NCBI RefSeq assembly: GCF_000284115.1
Contig: NC_017080.1
Location: 870,001-902,000 of the forward strand
Length of the DNA stretch: 32,000 nt
Direction of reading: 5' to 3'
Origin: Phycisphaera mikurensis NBRC 102666
GTDB lineage: Bacteria; Planctomycetota; Phycisphaerae; Phycisphaerales; Phycisphaeraceae
In this document: in pieces, positions 24,664 to 32,000 of the stretch
How the letters are laid out: each line of letters begins with the position of its first letter
How positions within the stretch are numbered: the first letter of the stretch is position 1
Notes under the pieces: generated by a model
The model's input: the letters and a program-made list of their open reading frames with translations, nothing else
Databases searched by the model: none
Told to the model about the DNA's origin: nothing
Position numbers and translations under genes: made by a program

Positions 24664-25635
24664 TCAGCCATCGCCGACGGCGCGGCCGGGCTTCTGCTCC
24701 TTCGCGCAGCCGCCCTCGCCGCTGGGGCGGACGTGCGGGCGATTGACGTCGCGGGTGCCCATCCAGGCGTACGGGTCCTCGCCGGCGATCATCACGACGT
24801 CGCGGGCGTCGGCCTTGGCCACGGTGCGGTTGTGGTCGAGGAAGGTGTCGTGCTCCTGGAGGTTGGCCGTCCAGGGCAGGAGCGAGGTCGCGCTCATGTA
24901 GTGGTTCACCAGCACGCGGCGGAAGCCGGCGGTCGCGGTGTTCGGCAGCGAGCGGTGCAGCAGGTAGCCGTTGAAGAACACGATCGACCCGGCCTTCACC
25001 TCCACCGGCACGGCGTCCTCCTCGCTCCAGGGGAAGCCGGTGCTCTCCTCGGCGCAGTCGAAGCGGCGGTCCTCCTGCACGGCCTGCGGGTAGAGGACGC
25101 CGCGGCGGTGCGAGCCGGGCAGCACCCACAGGCAGCCGTTCTCGGTGGTGGCGTCGTCGAGGGCGATCCAGCCGCCGCACAGCGAGCGGTCGCGGGTGGG
25201 GATGTAGTCCTCGTCCTGGTGCCAGGCCTGGCCGGGCTTGCCGGCGGCCTTGATGAACAGCATCGACTGCATGCACTTCACGTCGGGCCCGATGACGCCG
25301 GTGAGCGTCTCGACCATCGCCGGCGTGGAGAGCATGCCGTGGAGGAAGGCCGAGATCTTGTGCGGGAAGTGGATGCAGAGGTACTGCTTGAGCACCTCCT
25401 CGTCGGTCTGTCCTCCGTGATCGCCGAGCTGGCCGCCGAAGGCGCCGCGTTTCCCGCGGCACACGGCCGTCGCCTCGTCGAGCACGCGGCGGACGTCGTC
25501 CGCGTCGAGCGCGTTCTCAACGATGAGGTAGCCGTTCTCGTGGTAGAAGCCGGCGGCCTCGGGCGTGAGGAAGCCCGGTCGCGAGGCGTCGAGGCGGGCG
25601 GCGGCGGGCGGGGCGAGCGAAGTGGCGGTGGTCAT
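24664..25635 (-). CDS. Phytanoyl-CoA dioxygenase (PhyH) family Fe(II)/2-oxoglutarate-dependent oxygenase
   Basis: The 323-aa ORF has the N-terminal FYHENGYLIVENAL. The HxD iron motif lies in WHQDEDY. A distal His lies in YLLHRSLPN. Confidence 0.8.
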   Translation of the reverse strand: MTTATSLAPPAAARLDASRPGFLTPEAAGFYHENGYLIVENALDADDVRRVLDEATAVCRGKRGAFGGQLGDHGGQTDEEVLKQYLCIHFPHKISAFLHGMLSTPAMVETLTGVIGPDVKCMQSMLFIKAAGKPGQAWHQDEDYIPTRDRSLCGGWIALDDATTENGCLWVLPGSHRRGVLYPQAVQEDRRFDCAEESTGFPWSEEDAVPVEVKAGSIVFFNGYLLHRSLPNTATAGFRRVLVNHYMSATSLLPWTANLQEHDTFLDHNRTVAKADARDVVMIAGEDPYAWMGTRDVNRPHVRPSGEGGCAKEQKPGRAVGDG

Positions 25636-25641
25636 GGCGAT

Positions 25642-25713
25642 GGGTCCGGGCGAGGCGTGGGTCCGGGAGAGGCGTGGGTCCGGGGGAGGCGTGGATCCGG
25701 GGCGTGTCCCGGG
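25642..25713 (-). promoter_or_regulatory. Three perfect 17-bp direct repeats plus a degenerate fourth, immediately upstream of the PhyH-family start codon
   Basis: The repeats are GGGTCCGGG[C/A/G]GAGGCGT at 25642-25658, 25659-25675 and 25676-25692. They are identical except at position 10. A truncated copy follows (GGATCCGGGGCGT...). The first copy begins 7 nt from the ATG (25635, minus strand). Confidence 0.4.
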
Positions 25714-25870
25714 CGAACATCATCGCAGAACAGCCGCGGCAACGCCATGCCCGGCCCGATCCAAAACATGCCCGAGAGTGAGATGTACCCCGCCGCACGG
25801 GAGCGACCGCCCGCGCCCCGCAGCGGCTCATCCGGGATCCGCGAACGCGTCGAACCTGCTTCTTCGAAAG

Positions 25871-26547
25871 TTGCGTGGCGAAGCCACGCTGGCCACGTCG
25901 CGGATCCAGCTTCCTCGCGCACAAGCAGACAGAGCGGCGTCGCCGCTCAGCTCTCGCAGCCAGCCTGGCCGCGTTAGCTGCGTGGCGACGCCACGCTGTC
26001 CGCGTCGCCGATCCAGCTCCCTCGCGCACAAGCAGACAGAGCGGCGTCGCCGCTCAGCTCTCTCCGCCAGCCTGGCCGCGTTCGCTGCGTGGCGACGCCA
26101 CGCTGTCCGAGTCGCCAATCCAGCTATTGCGCGCACAAGCAGACAGAGCGGCGTCGCCGCTCAGCTCTCTCCGCCAGCCTGGCCGCGATAGCTGCGTGGC
26201 GACGCCACGCTGTCCGAGCCGCCGATCCAGCTCCCTCGCGCACAAGGCAGACAGAGCGGCGTCGCCGCTCAGCTCTCGCCGCCAGCCTGGCCGCGCTAGC
26301 TGCGTGGCGACGCCACGCTGTCCGGGTCGCGATCCAGCTCCCTCGCGCACAAGGCAGACAGAGCGGCGTCGCCGCTCAGCTCTCTCCGCCAGCCTGGCCG
26401 CGCTAGCTGCGTGGCGACGCCACGCTGTCCGGGTCGCGACCCAGCTCCTTCGCGCACAAGCAGACAGAGCGGCGTCGCCGCTCAGCTCTCGGAGCCGACG
26501 ACGCCACGCTGATTGGGTCGCGGATCCAGCTCCCTCGCGCACAAGCC
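25871..26547. repeat. Tandem array of about 6.5 copies of a 107-bp unit carrying two 17-nt perfect palindromes
   Basis: The CGTGGCG anchor occurs at 25874, 25981, 26088, 26195, 26303 and 26410, giving periods of 107, 107, 107, 108 and 107. Each full unit contains GCGTGGCG-A-CGCCACGC and GAGCGGCG-T-CGCCGCTC. The copies differ by a few point changes or indels, and the end copies are degenerate. The array lies in the 977-bp gap between the VOC gene end and the PhyH gene start. Confidence 0.9.
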
Positions 26548-26612
26548 AGGCACCGCGGCCTCGCCTCCGGAGCCAGCCGCGTGACGCCGGTTCCGGTTGC
26601 GGCTCCCGGCGT

Positions 26613-27035
26613 TTACGCCGCTCCGGAGGCAGCCGGGGAAGCCGCATCGAGCGCCGGGTCGAGGTTCTGGATCACGTCCACGACGATGCCCGCGGGTCCG
26701 GCGAGCAGGAAGTGGCGCTGGCCCCAGGGCTCGGTCTTCGGCGGCAGCACGACGTCGGCGTCCGGCGGCCCGAGCTCTTCGAAGGCCCGGTCCACGTTCT
26801 CGACCTCGAAGGAGAACACCAGCCCCTCCCGTGCGAAACGCGGGTGGAGGGCGCTCGGCTGAGAGGGGTGGTCGGGCACGAGGAAGCCGAGCTGGGCGCC
26901 GCCCTCGTGCACCAGGTGGAGGTACCAGTCTTCATCGAAAGCGGGCTGAAAGCCGAACTTCGACACGAAGAAGTGCCGGCAGGCGGCCAGCTCGTCGGTC
27001 ACCACCAGCGGGAAGAAGGCCTTGGGCTTGATCAC
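26613..27035 (-). CDS. VOC-family (glyoxalase / bleomycin-resistance / dioxygenase fold) protein
   Basis: The 140-aa ORF reads FFPLVVTDELAACRHFFVSKFGFQPAFDEDWYLHL...GLVFSFEVENVDRAFEEL...PWGQRHFLLAGPAGIVVDVIQ. This is the typical paired beta-alpha-beta-beta-beta pattern. Confidence 0.8.
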   Translation of the reverse strand: MIKPKAFFPLVVTDELAACRHFFVSKFGFQPAFDEDWYLHLVHEGGAQLGFLVPDHPSQPSALHPRFAREGLVFSFEVENVDRAFEELGPPDADVVLPPKTEPWGQRHFLLAGPAGIVVDVIQNLDPALDAASPAASGAA

Positions 27036-27088
27036 GGCGGGAGGCTACCGCCGAGCGACCAAGGAACCCCGCCGAGGAGGTCCAACGC

Positions 27089-27100
27089 GGGAACGTTCCC
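27089..27100. promoter_or_regulatory. Perfect 12-bp palindrome GGGAACGTTCCC in the VOC / AraC divergent intergenic region (candidate operator)
   Basis: Seen directly in the sequence. It lies 54 nt from the VOC start (27035) and 117 nt from the AraC start (27217). Its function is inferred from position only. Confidence 0.25.
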
Positions 27101-27216
27101 GAGCGGACTGCTGTCGGCGGAAGCCACCGATGATCGTTTTCGGTGCTCGGCGGAGACCCAGGAGAACACGGCACGCCGCGGTCTGTCATCATCGCGGCCG
27201 GAGGTGCCGCCACGCC

Positions 27217-28029
27217 ATGCCCGACGCCATCGAGAACCTGTCCGAGGGCGCGGCTTGGCCGGTGGCGGCGGTCTTCGGATCGGTGACGTATCCCCCGGGC
27301 GGGAGCTACGGGCCGCGGGTTCAGGCGGACGTGCAGCTGGTCGTGGCCGACTCCGGGAGCCTGCGGCTTCAGAGCGACGGGGCGGTGCTGCGGCTCGCGG
27401 CGGGTGAAGTCGTGTGCCAGTGGCCCGGGGCGGTGGAGCACTGGCGCTTCGACGCGGAACGGCCCACCACGCACCGCTGGGTGGCGATGTCGTTCGGGGA
27501 GGGTTCCGCCCCGGCCGTCGGGGCGTGGGCGGCGGAGGCGCCGCGGACGGCGGCGGAGAGCCCGGCGTTGCGGGCGCTGTCCGCGGCGGGGCTCGCGCTG
27601 CGGGGCGATGGGTCCGCGGGCGCGTCGGCGGCGCGGCTCCGCCTCGCGGCGGCGAGCCTCCGCGGCTTCCTCGAGGGCGGCGCGGCCCGCGGCGTCGGAG
27701 CCCACGAGGACGCCCGGCTGCCGCCGGCGCTGCGCGCGATGCAGGCCCACATCGCCGCGCACGCCGCCGAGCCGACGTCGCTTGCCGACCTCGCCTCCGC
27801 CGCGCACGTGACGCCCAGCCACCTCGTCCGCCTCAGCCGCGAGCACCTCGGCGTGACCCCGGTTGCGCTGCTGTGGGAGACCCGCGTCCGCCGCGGGCTC
27901 GACCTGCTGAAGAACACCGGCCTCTCGGTGGCCGAGGTCGCCGACCAGTGCGGCTTCGCGAACCCGTTCCACTTCTCGCGCCGCGTGAAGCGGGCGACGG
28001 GGAAGCCGCCGCGCGCCCTGCGGGGCTGA
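27217..28029 (+). CDS. AraC-family transcriptional regulator (cupin-like sensor plus two HTH motifs)
   Basis: I place the start at ATG 27217 (MPDAIENL...); the upstream track residues are Arg-rich. The C-terminus reads LADLASAAHVTPSHLVRLSREHLGVTP...GLSVAEVADQCGFANPFHFSRRVKRATGKPP. Confidence 0.85.
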   Translation: MPDAIENLSEGAAWPVAAVFGSVTYPPGGSYGPRVQADVQLVVADSGSLRLQSDGAVLRLAAGEVVCQWPGAVEHWRFDAERPTTHRWVAMSFGEGSAPAVGAWAAEAPRTAAESPALRALSAAGLALRGDGSAGASAARLRLAAASLRGFLEGGAARGVGAHEDARLPPALRAMQAHIAAHAAEPTSLADLASAAHVTPSHLVRLSREHLGVTPVALLWETRVRRGLDLLKNTGLSVAEVADQCGFANPFHFSRRVKRATGKPPRALRG

Positions 28030-28033
28030 CCGC

Positions 28034-28081
28034 GCCGCGGACCGCCGAACCCTCCGGGCCCAACGCCCCGCGATCCGCGGC
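28034..28081. terminator. Terminator-like hairpin (GCCGCGGACCGC / GCGATCCGCGGC) between convergent gene ends
   Basis: An 11/12-bp inverted repeat spans 28034-28045 / 28070-28081 with a 24-nt loop. It starts 5 nt after the AraC stop and ends 39 nt before the stop of the minus-strand gene at 28120. Confidence 0.35.
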
Positions 28082-28119
28082 CGCTGCACCCCGCCGCCGC
28101 CGCCACCACGCGCCCCGCC

Positions 28120-29283
28120 TCAGCGGACCCAGCTGCGCACCGTCCGCGGGCTGAGGTCGTCGAGCTCGCCGCCGGTGGCGGCGGTGATGCGGTCGAGGTC
28201 CGCGTTGGGGCCGCCGAGCGAGACCACGCTGAAGGTCGGCTTGGAGGGCGCGTCGGTGACGCGGCCGAGCACGTAGTCGGCGGCCTTGTCCCACTCCCGG
28301 CGGCCGGTGATCACGATGACGTGGTCGGGGCGGGCACCCAAGGCCGCGTGGAGGCCGTCGTAGAAGCCCTTCCGGCCGGCCGCGGGCGCCTGCTCCTGCA
28401 GCTTCGCCAGGCTCGCCCGCAGCGCCCGGCCGGGGGCGAGCGGCTGACGCGGCAGCCGCGAGACCTCGCCGTCGTGCACGTAGAAGACGCTGACCTTCTC
28501 GCCGTCGCCGTTGCGGGAGAGCGTCGCGAGCAGCGTCGCGTTGACGTCGTCGATCCAGCCCCGGCTCTGCTCGACGGCGTCGACGAGCACGGCGGTGTGC
28601 CCGGCGATCGGCTGGCGGAGCACCGTGGGGGTGTTCCAGCCCATCGGGTTGTCGGGATCCTCCGGAGCCTCGGCCGGCTTGGCGGGCTCGGGCGTCGCGG
28701 CGACGGCGGGTGCAGCGGCCACCCGGAGCGGGGGCGTCGCGGCGGGCTCGGGCTCGGGCTGGAACAAGGAGCGCCGCTCGGTGGAGGCGTAGGCGGTGGC
28801 GGGGCCGGCCGGCGGGGCCTTGGAGGTGATCATTACGACGATCACCACGCCCAGCGTGAGGATCAGCACGCCCGCGCCGATCGCGCCGGCGAGGATCGCG
28901 GCCTGGTGGCCTCCGCTCCCGCCGCGGGAGCCCCGGTCCTGGAGGCTGATGAGCTGGGTCGGCGCCGCGGCTTCGTGCGGCGGCTGCACGACGTTGAGCG
29001 CCGGGGCGGTGCTGCCGTTGCCGCTGTAGACATCCTGCAGCTGCGTGCCCGAGCGCGACGAGCCACGCGAGGAGCCCGACCGCGAGGATCCCGAGGCCGT
29101 CGACGCGGAGCGTCGCGCGCCCGAGCCCTCCGCGCCCTCCGCGGCGAGGCGGACCGGCATGCGGGCCGCGTCGCTGGGGATGGCCAGCAGCGACTGGCAG
29201 TGCGTGCACCGGCAGGTGAGGCCCTGGTAGGCGGGATCCACCCGCAGCTTGGCGGAACATTTGGGGCAGGCGATGGTGATCAT
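28120..29283 (-). CDS. Zinc-ribbon / single-TM / vWA-like-domain protein (hypothetical)
   Basis: I place the start at ATG 29283 (MITIACPKCSAKLRV...LTCRCTHCQSLL, an MJ0042-type zinc finger). A Ser/Gly/Arg-rich linker follows. A TM segment reads AAILAGAIGAGVLILTLGVVIVVMI. The C-terminal alpha/beta domain (VLVDAVEQSRGWIDDV...HVIVITGRRE...FSVVSLGG) resembles vWA but has a degenerate MIDAS motif. Confidence 0.65.
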   Translation of the reverse strand: MITIACPKCSAKLRVDPAYQGLTCRCTHCQSLLAIPSDAARMPVRLAAEGAEGSGARRSASTASGSSRSGSSRGSSRSGTQLQDVYSGNGSTAPALNVVQPPHEAAAPTQLISLQDRGSRGGSGGHQAAILAGAIGAGVLILTLGVVIVVMITSKAPPAGPATAYASTERRSLFQPEPEPAATPPLRVAAAPAVAATPEPAKPAEAPEDPDNPMGWNTPTVLRQPIAGHTAVLVDAVEQSRGWIDDVNATLLATLSRNGDGEKVSVFYVHDGEVSRLPRQPLAPGRALRASLAKLQEQAPAAGRKGFYDGLHAALGARPDHVIVITGRREWDKAADYVLGRVTDAPSKPTFSVVSLGGPNADLDRITAATGGELDDLSPRTVRSWVR

Positions 29284-29554
29284 GTCGGAGACTCCTGGGC
29301 GGCGGCCCGGGCGGTGATGCGGGCCCCGGAGAAGGCGCACGCACGGGAGGAATCGGCGGAAACGGGCCCGGACTTGCGGGCGCAGCGAGGGGGAAGGTCG
29401 CGCGGGGCGGGTGCGTGGCCGGCGAGGAACCCCGCAAGAGACGATACGGGCGCGGCGCCCGCAAGGGTCGTCGGGGACGGACGTTCGCGGCGGTCGCCGC
29501 CCCGGGTGCCCGCGGCGGTGGCCCGGGGAGCCCGCCGGTCCCGCAGGTGGCCCG

Positions 29555-30703
29555 TCAGCGCGCCTCCTCCGCCGCCGCGAGCGAGCTCCGCCGCCGGTCG
29601 CCGAACCGCATCAGCACGAGGCCGAACTCGAAGAGCAGGTACAGCGGCACCGCCAGCACCATCATGCTGATGATGTCGGTGGGGGTGAGCACGGCACCGA
29701 CGACGAGGCTGCCAAGCAGGGCGTAGCGGCGGCCGGCGGCGAGGATCTCCGGGTCGAAGAGCCCGGTGCGGCCGGCCAGCAGCATCACCACCGGCACCTG
29801 GAAGGCGGCGACGACGCCCAGGCCCATGAACACCGCGAAGCGGATGAACTCGTCGAGCTTGGGCAGCGGCGTCACGAGGCTGCGCGACGAGGTCGCCAGC
29901 TCGCGGACCTCGCCGCCGAGGAACAGCTTGACCTTCCCGTCGCGGCGGTCGACCCAGACGTCGCCGTCGGCGGGCTCGGCCGGCTCGGCGCCGCGGACCG
30001 GGAGCGAGAAGGCGGCGGGGTCGGCCCGGTCCGCGGATCCGGCGGCCGCGGCCGGCGCGGGCGGCTGGGCCCCCGCGGCGAGCCGCGCCGCGGGGGTCCG
30101 CGCGGCCGGATCGGGCAGCGGCACCGGCTCCAAGCCCACGGCCAGCGCGTGGTCCGGCACGCCGTACGCGCGGAGGAAGACGCTCATCACCGGGCCCGGC
30201 GGGCCCGTCTGGGCGGGCGGGTACACCGTCGCGGCGAAGTTCAGGAAGAACAGCAGCGACACCGGCAGCAGGATGAAGTACGTGAAGCCCACGCCCAGCG
30301 CGGTCATGATCGTGCTGAAGGGCGCGAGCACGTACACCGCCCGCCGCTCGTGCTTGTACAGGCCGACCGCGACGAACTGCCAGAGCTGCACGAGGATCCA
30401 CGGCGAGGCGAGGATCAAGGCGCCCACCAGCGTCACCGGCAGGTAGACGCCGGTGAAGCCGGCGGTCGGGTCGGTCACGTAGGTCTGCGGCGGGAACCCG
30501 GTGGCGTCCATCGCCAGCAGCAGCGGGCGGGCGATCCACGCGATCAGCCGCGGCCCGTACCACACGGTGACGCCGAGGGCGATGCCGCAACCCAGCAGCG
30601 CCCTCACCAGCCGCCGGCGCAGCTCGTCGAGGTGGTCGCCCAGGGGCATCGGCGGGTCCTCCGCCTCGGGCGTGGCGGGCGGGAGCTGGTCGAGCGGCGG
30701 CAC
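29555..30703 (-). CDS. tatC: Twin-arginine translocase subunit TatC carrying an insertion of about 110 aa in the loop between TM3 and TM4
   Basis: TatC hallmarks are present: HLDELRRRL, LASPWILVQLWQFVAVGLYKHERR, FAVFMGLGVVAAFQVPVV and VLTPTDIISMMVLAVPLYLLFEFG. At 382 aa it is long compared with the roughly 250 aa typical of TatC. The start could be ATG 30703 or ATG 30649. Confidence 0.85.
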   Translation of the reverse strand: MPPLDQLPPATPEAEDPPMPLGDHLDELRRRLVRALLGCGIALGVTVWYGPRLIAWIARPLLLAMDATGFPPQTYVTDPTAGFTGVYLPVTLVGALILASPWILVQLWQFVAVGLYKHERRAVYVLAPFSTIMTALGVGFTYFILLPVSLLFFLNFAATVYPPAQTGPPGPVMSVFLRAYGVPDHALAVGLEPVPLPDPAARTPAARLAAGAQPPAPAAAAGSADRADPAAFSLPVRGAEPAEPADGDVWVDRRDGKVKLFLGGEVRELATSSRSLVTPLPKLDEFIRFAVFMGLGVVAAFQVPVVMLLAGRTGLFDPEILAAGRRYALLGSLVVGAVLTPTDIISMMVLAVPLYLLFEFGLVLMRFGDRRRSSLAAAEEAR

Positions 30704-30865
30704 AGGGCTGTTTTAGTGCGCCGTGCGCAATCTCCTGACTGCCTCTGCGGGCGGGGCGCGCCCCTCGCCGCGTCGGCTGCACCGCACTGCGGGGGCGGGG
30801 CGGCTTCGCCACCTCGCGATCGACACGTCCCGCGCCCGCCGGCCCGGCGCCTTCTAGCGTCCGCC

Positions 30866-32000
30866 ATGCACAGCACCAACGGACGCACCCGGAGCGTTTG
30901 GGCGGCCCCGCGCGGCGAGGGTGCGGGCCAGGATCCGCCGCTGGGCGAGAGCCAGAGCGCGGACGTGGTGGTGGTGGGCGCGGGCATCGCCGGCGTCACC
31001 ACCGCCTGCCTGCTCGCGGCGGAGGGCAAGAGCGTCGTGGTGCTCGACGACGGCCCCGCCTTCGGCGGCGAGAGCCTCCGGACGACCGGGCACCTCAACG
31101 ACTACCCCGACGACGGTCTCCGGGAGATCGAGAGCCACCACGGCACCGAGGGCCTCAAGGCCTGCGTCGACAGCTTCGCCTTCGCGCTGCGAACCATCGA
31201 GCGGCTCGCCGCCGAGGCCGGCGTGCCCGACGCGGTGCGGCGAATCCCGGCTTACCTGGTCGTGGTGGACGACGGCCGAAGCCAGAATTACCTCGCCGAG
31301 GAGCTGCACGCCGCCGAGCGGATCGGCTACCCGCTCGAGGCCGTGCACCGCGCCCCCACGCCCGCCGGGCCCGACGGCCGCGCCCTGCGGATGGACCGCC
31401 AGGGCCGACTCGACGCGGCCGCCTACTTCCCGGCGCTGCTCACGCTCGCGCGCGAACGGGGCGTGAAGCTCTACCCGGGCACCCGCGTCGCGGACATGCG
31501 GGCGCAGACCGGCGACGGCGGCGAGCCCGACCGCGGCGGCACCTGGGTGGAGACCCGCGACGGCCACCGCGTGAACGCCGACTGGATCGTCACCGCCACC
31601 AACTCGCCGGTGAACCCGAGCCTCGCCGATCTCGCCGCGATCCACGCCCGCCAGGCCGGCTACATGACCTACGCGGTCGCGCTCGACGCCGCGGGGGCGG
31701 GCGTCGAGGACGCCCAGTTCTCCGACACGCGTGAGCCGTACCGCTACGCCCGACGCGCGGAACTCGGCGGCCGCGAGGTGCTCATCGCCGGCGGCGAGGA
31801 CCACAAGGTCGGTCAGGACCAGGACCAGGACCAGGACCCCGAGCCGGGCCGCACCGGCGGGGAGAGATTCGACCGCCTCGAGGCCTGGGCCCGCTCGTGG
31901 TGGCCGGGGCTCGGCGAGCGGACGCACGCCTGGAGCGGGCAGGTCTTCGAGCCCGTCGACGGCGTCGGCTTCGTCGGCCGCAACCCCGGCAGCGCCGAGA
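30866..32000 (+). CDS. FAD-dependent oxidoreductase (DAO/GR2-type Rossmann N-terminus); 3' end lies outside the window
   Basis: This ORF is not in the supplied track because it has no stop within the window. My own translation from ATG 30866 gives MHSTNGRTRSVW...ADVVVVGAGIAGVTTACLLAAEGKSVVVLDDG, a GxGxxG dinucleotide-binding motif. The frame stays open with high GC3 to nt 32000. The track ORF 30854-31927 (minus) is its antisense shadow. Confidence 0.8.
   Translation, partial: MHSTNGRTRSVWAAPRGEGAGQDPPLGESQSADVVVVGAGIAGVTTACLLAAEGKSVVVLDDGPAFGGESLRTTGHLNDYPDDGLREIESHHGTEGLKACVDSFAFALRTIERLAAEAGVPDAVRRIPAYLVVVDDGRSQNYLAEELHAAERIGYPLEAVHRAPTPAGPDGRALRMDRQGRLDAAAYFPALLTLARERGVKLYPGTRVADMRAQTGDGGEPDRGGTWVETRDGHRVNADWIVTATNSPVNPSLADLAAIHARQAGYMTYAVALDAAGAGVEDAQFSDTREPYRYARRAELGGREVLIAGGEDHKVGQDQDQDQDPEPGRTGGERFDRLEAWARSWWPGLGERTHAWSGQVFEPVDGVGFVGRNPGSAE

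Noticed and set aside
18817-25977. Long ORFs 18817-20475 plus, 18899-20173 minus, 19737-23291 minus, 19982-21853 plus, 22187-23410 plus, 22892-25462 minus and 23395-25977 plus.
   Set aside because: These are antisense or off-frame shadows of the zinc-ribbon, ligase-like, PhoH2, DprA and PhyH genes. They have Arg/Gly/Pro-rich low-complexity translations and no motifs.
25875-30812. ORFs 25875-27407 plus, 26054-26647 minus, 26932-28089 minus, 27833-29464 minus, 28321-29670 plus and 29280-30812 minus.
   Set aside because: The first two read straight through the 107-bp tandem array in shifting frames, so the same DNA unit is translated in three frames. The others are shadows of the AraC, vWA-like and TatC genes.

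Overview
Very GC-rich bacterial chromosomal segment. The gene content (giant DUF11-type surface protein, several zinc-ribbon membrane proteins, Ala/Pro/Arg-rich proteins) suggests a planctomycete (Phycisphaerae-like) origin, but that is a low-confidence inference. I found no rRNA, tRNA, CRISPR array, transposase or integrase. I support 23 coding regions. Left to right they are: the 3' 7.4 kb of a giant repetitive adhesin with an embedded lectin-like domain; a transporter-less cluster of three HlyD-type periplasmic adaptors, one fused to a PqqD-like module and an M50 (site-2) metalloprotease; a GSP17M/YflT-like membrane protein; a WYL regulator; a small unknown protein; a protein-kinase-like ORF that stops just after its catalytic loop; a PlsC-like / second acyltransferase / GT2 operon; zinc-ribbon membrane proteins; an O-antigen-ligase-like protein; PhoH2; DprA; a PhyH-family dioxygenase; a VOC protein; an AraC regulator; an unusually long TatC; and a 3'-truncated FAD oxidoreductase that is absent from the supplied ORF track. 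Many long ORFs in the track are Arg/Pro/Gly-rich off-frame or antisense shadows and are rejected. Beyond the genes there are two unrelated-looking arrays of structured, non-coding tandem repeats (151/181-bp units at 15.4-16.0 kb; 107-bp units at 25.9-26.5 kb). There is also a 17-bp triple repeat abutting a start codon. A CCGCGGACCGCGG/CCGCGGTCCGCGG hairpin recurs at five gene ends. The most system-like novelty candidate is the adaptor/M50-protease cluster directly downstream of the adhesin. All functional calls come from motif recognition by eye. No database search was run.
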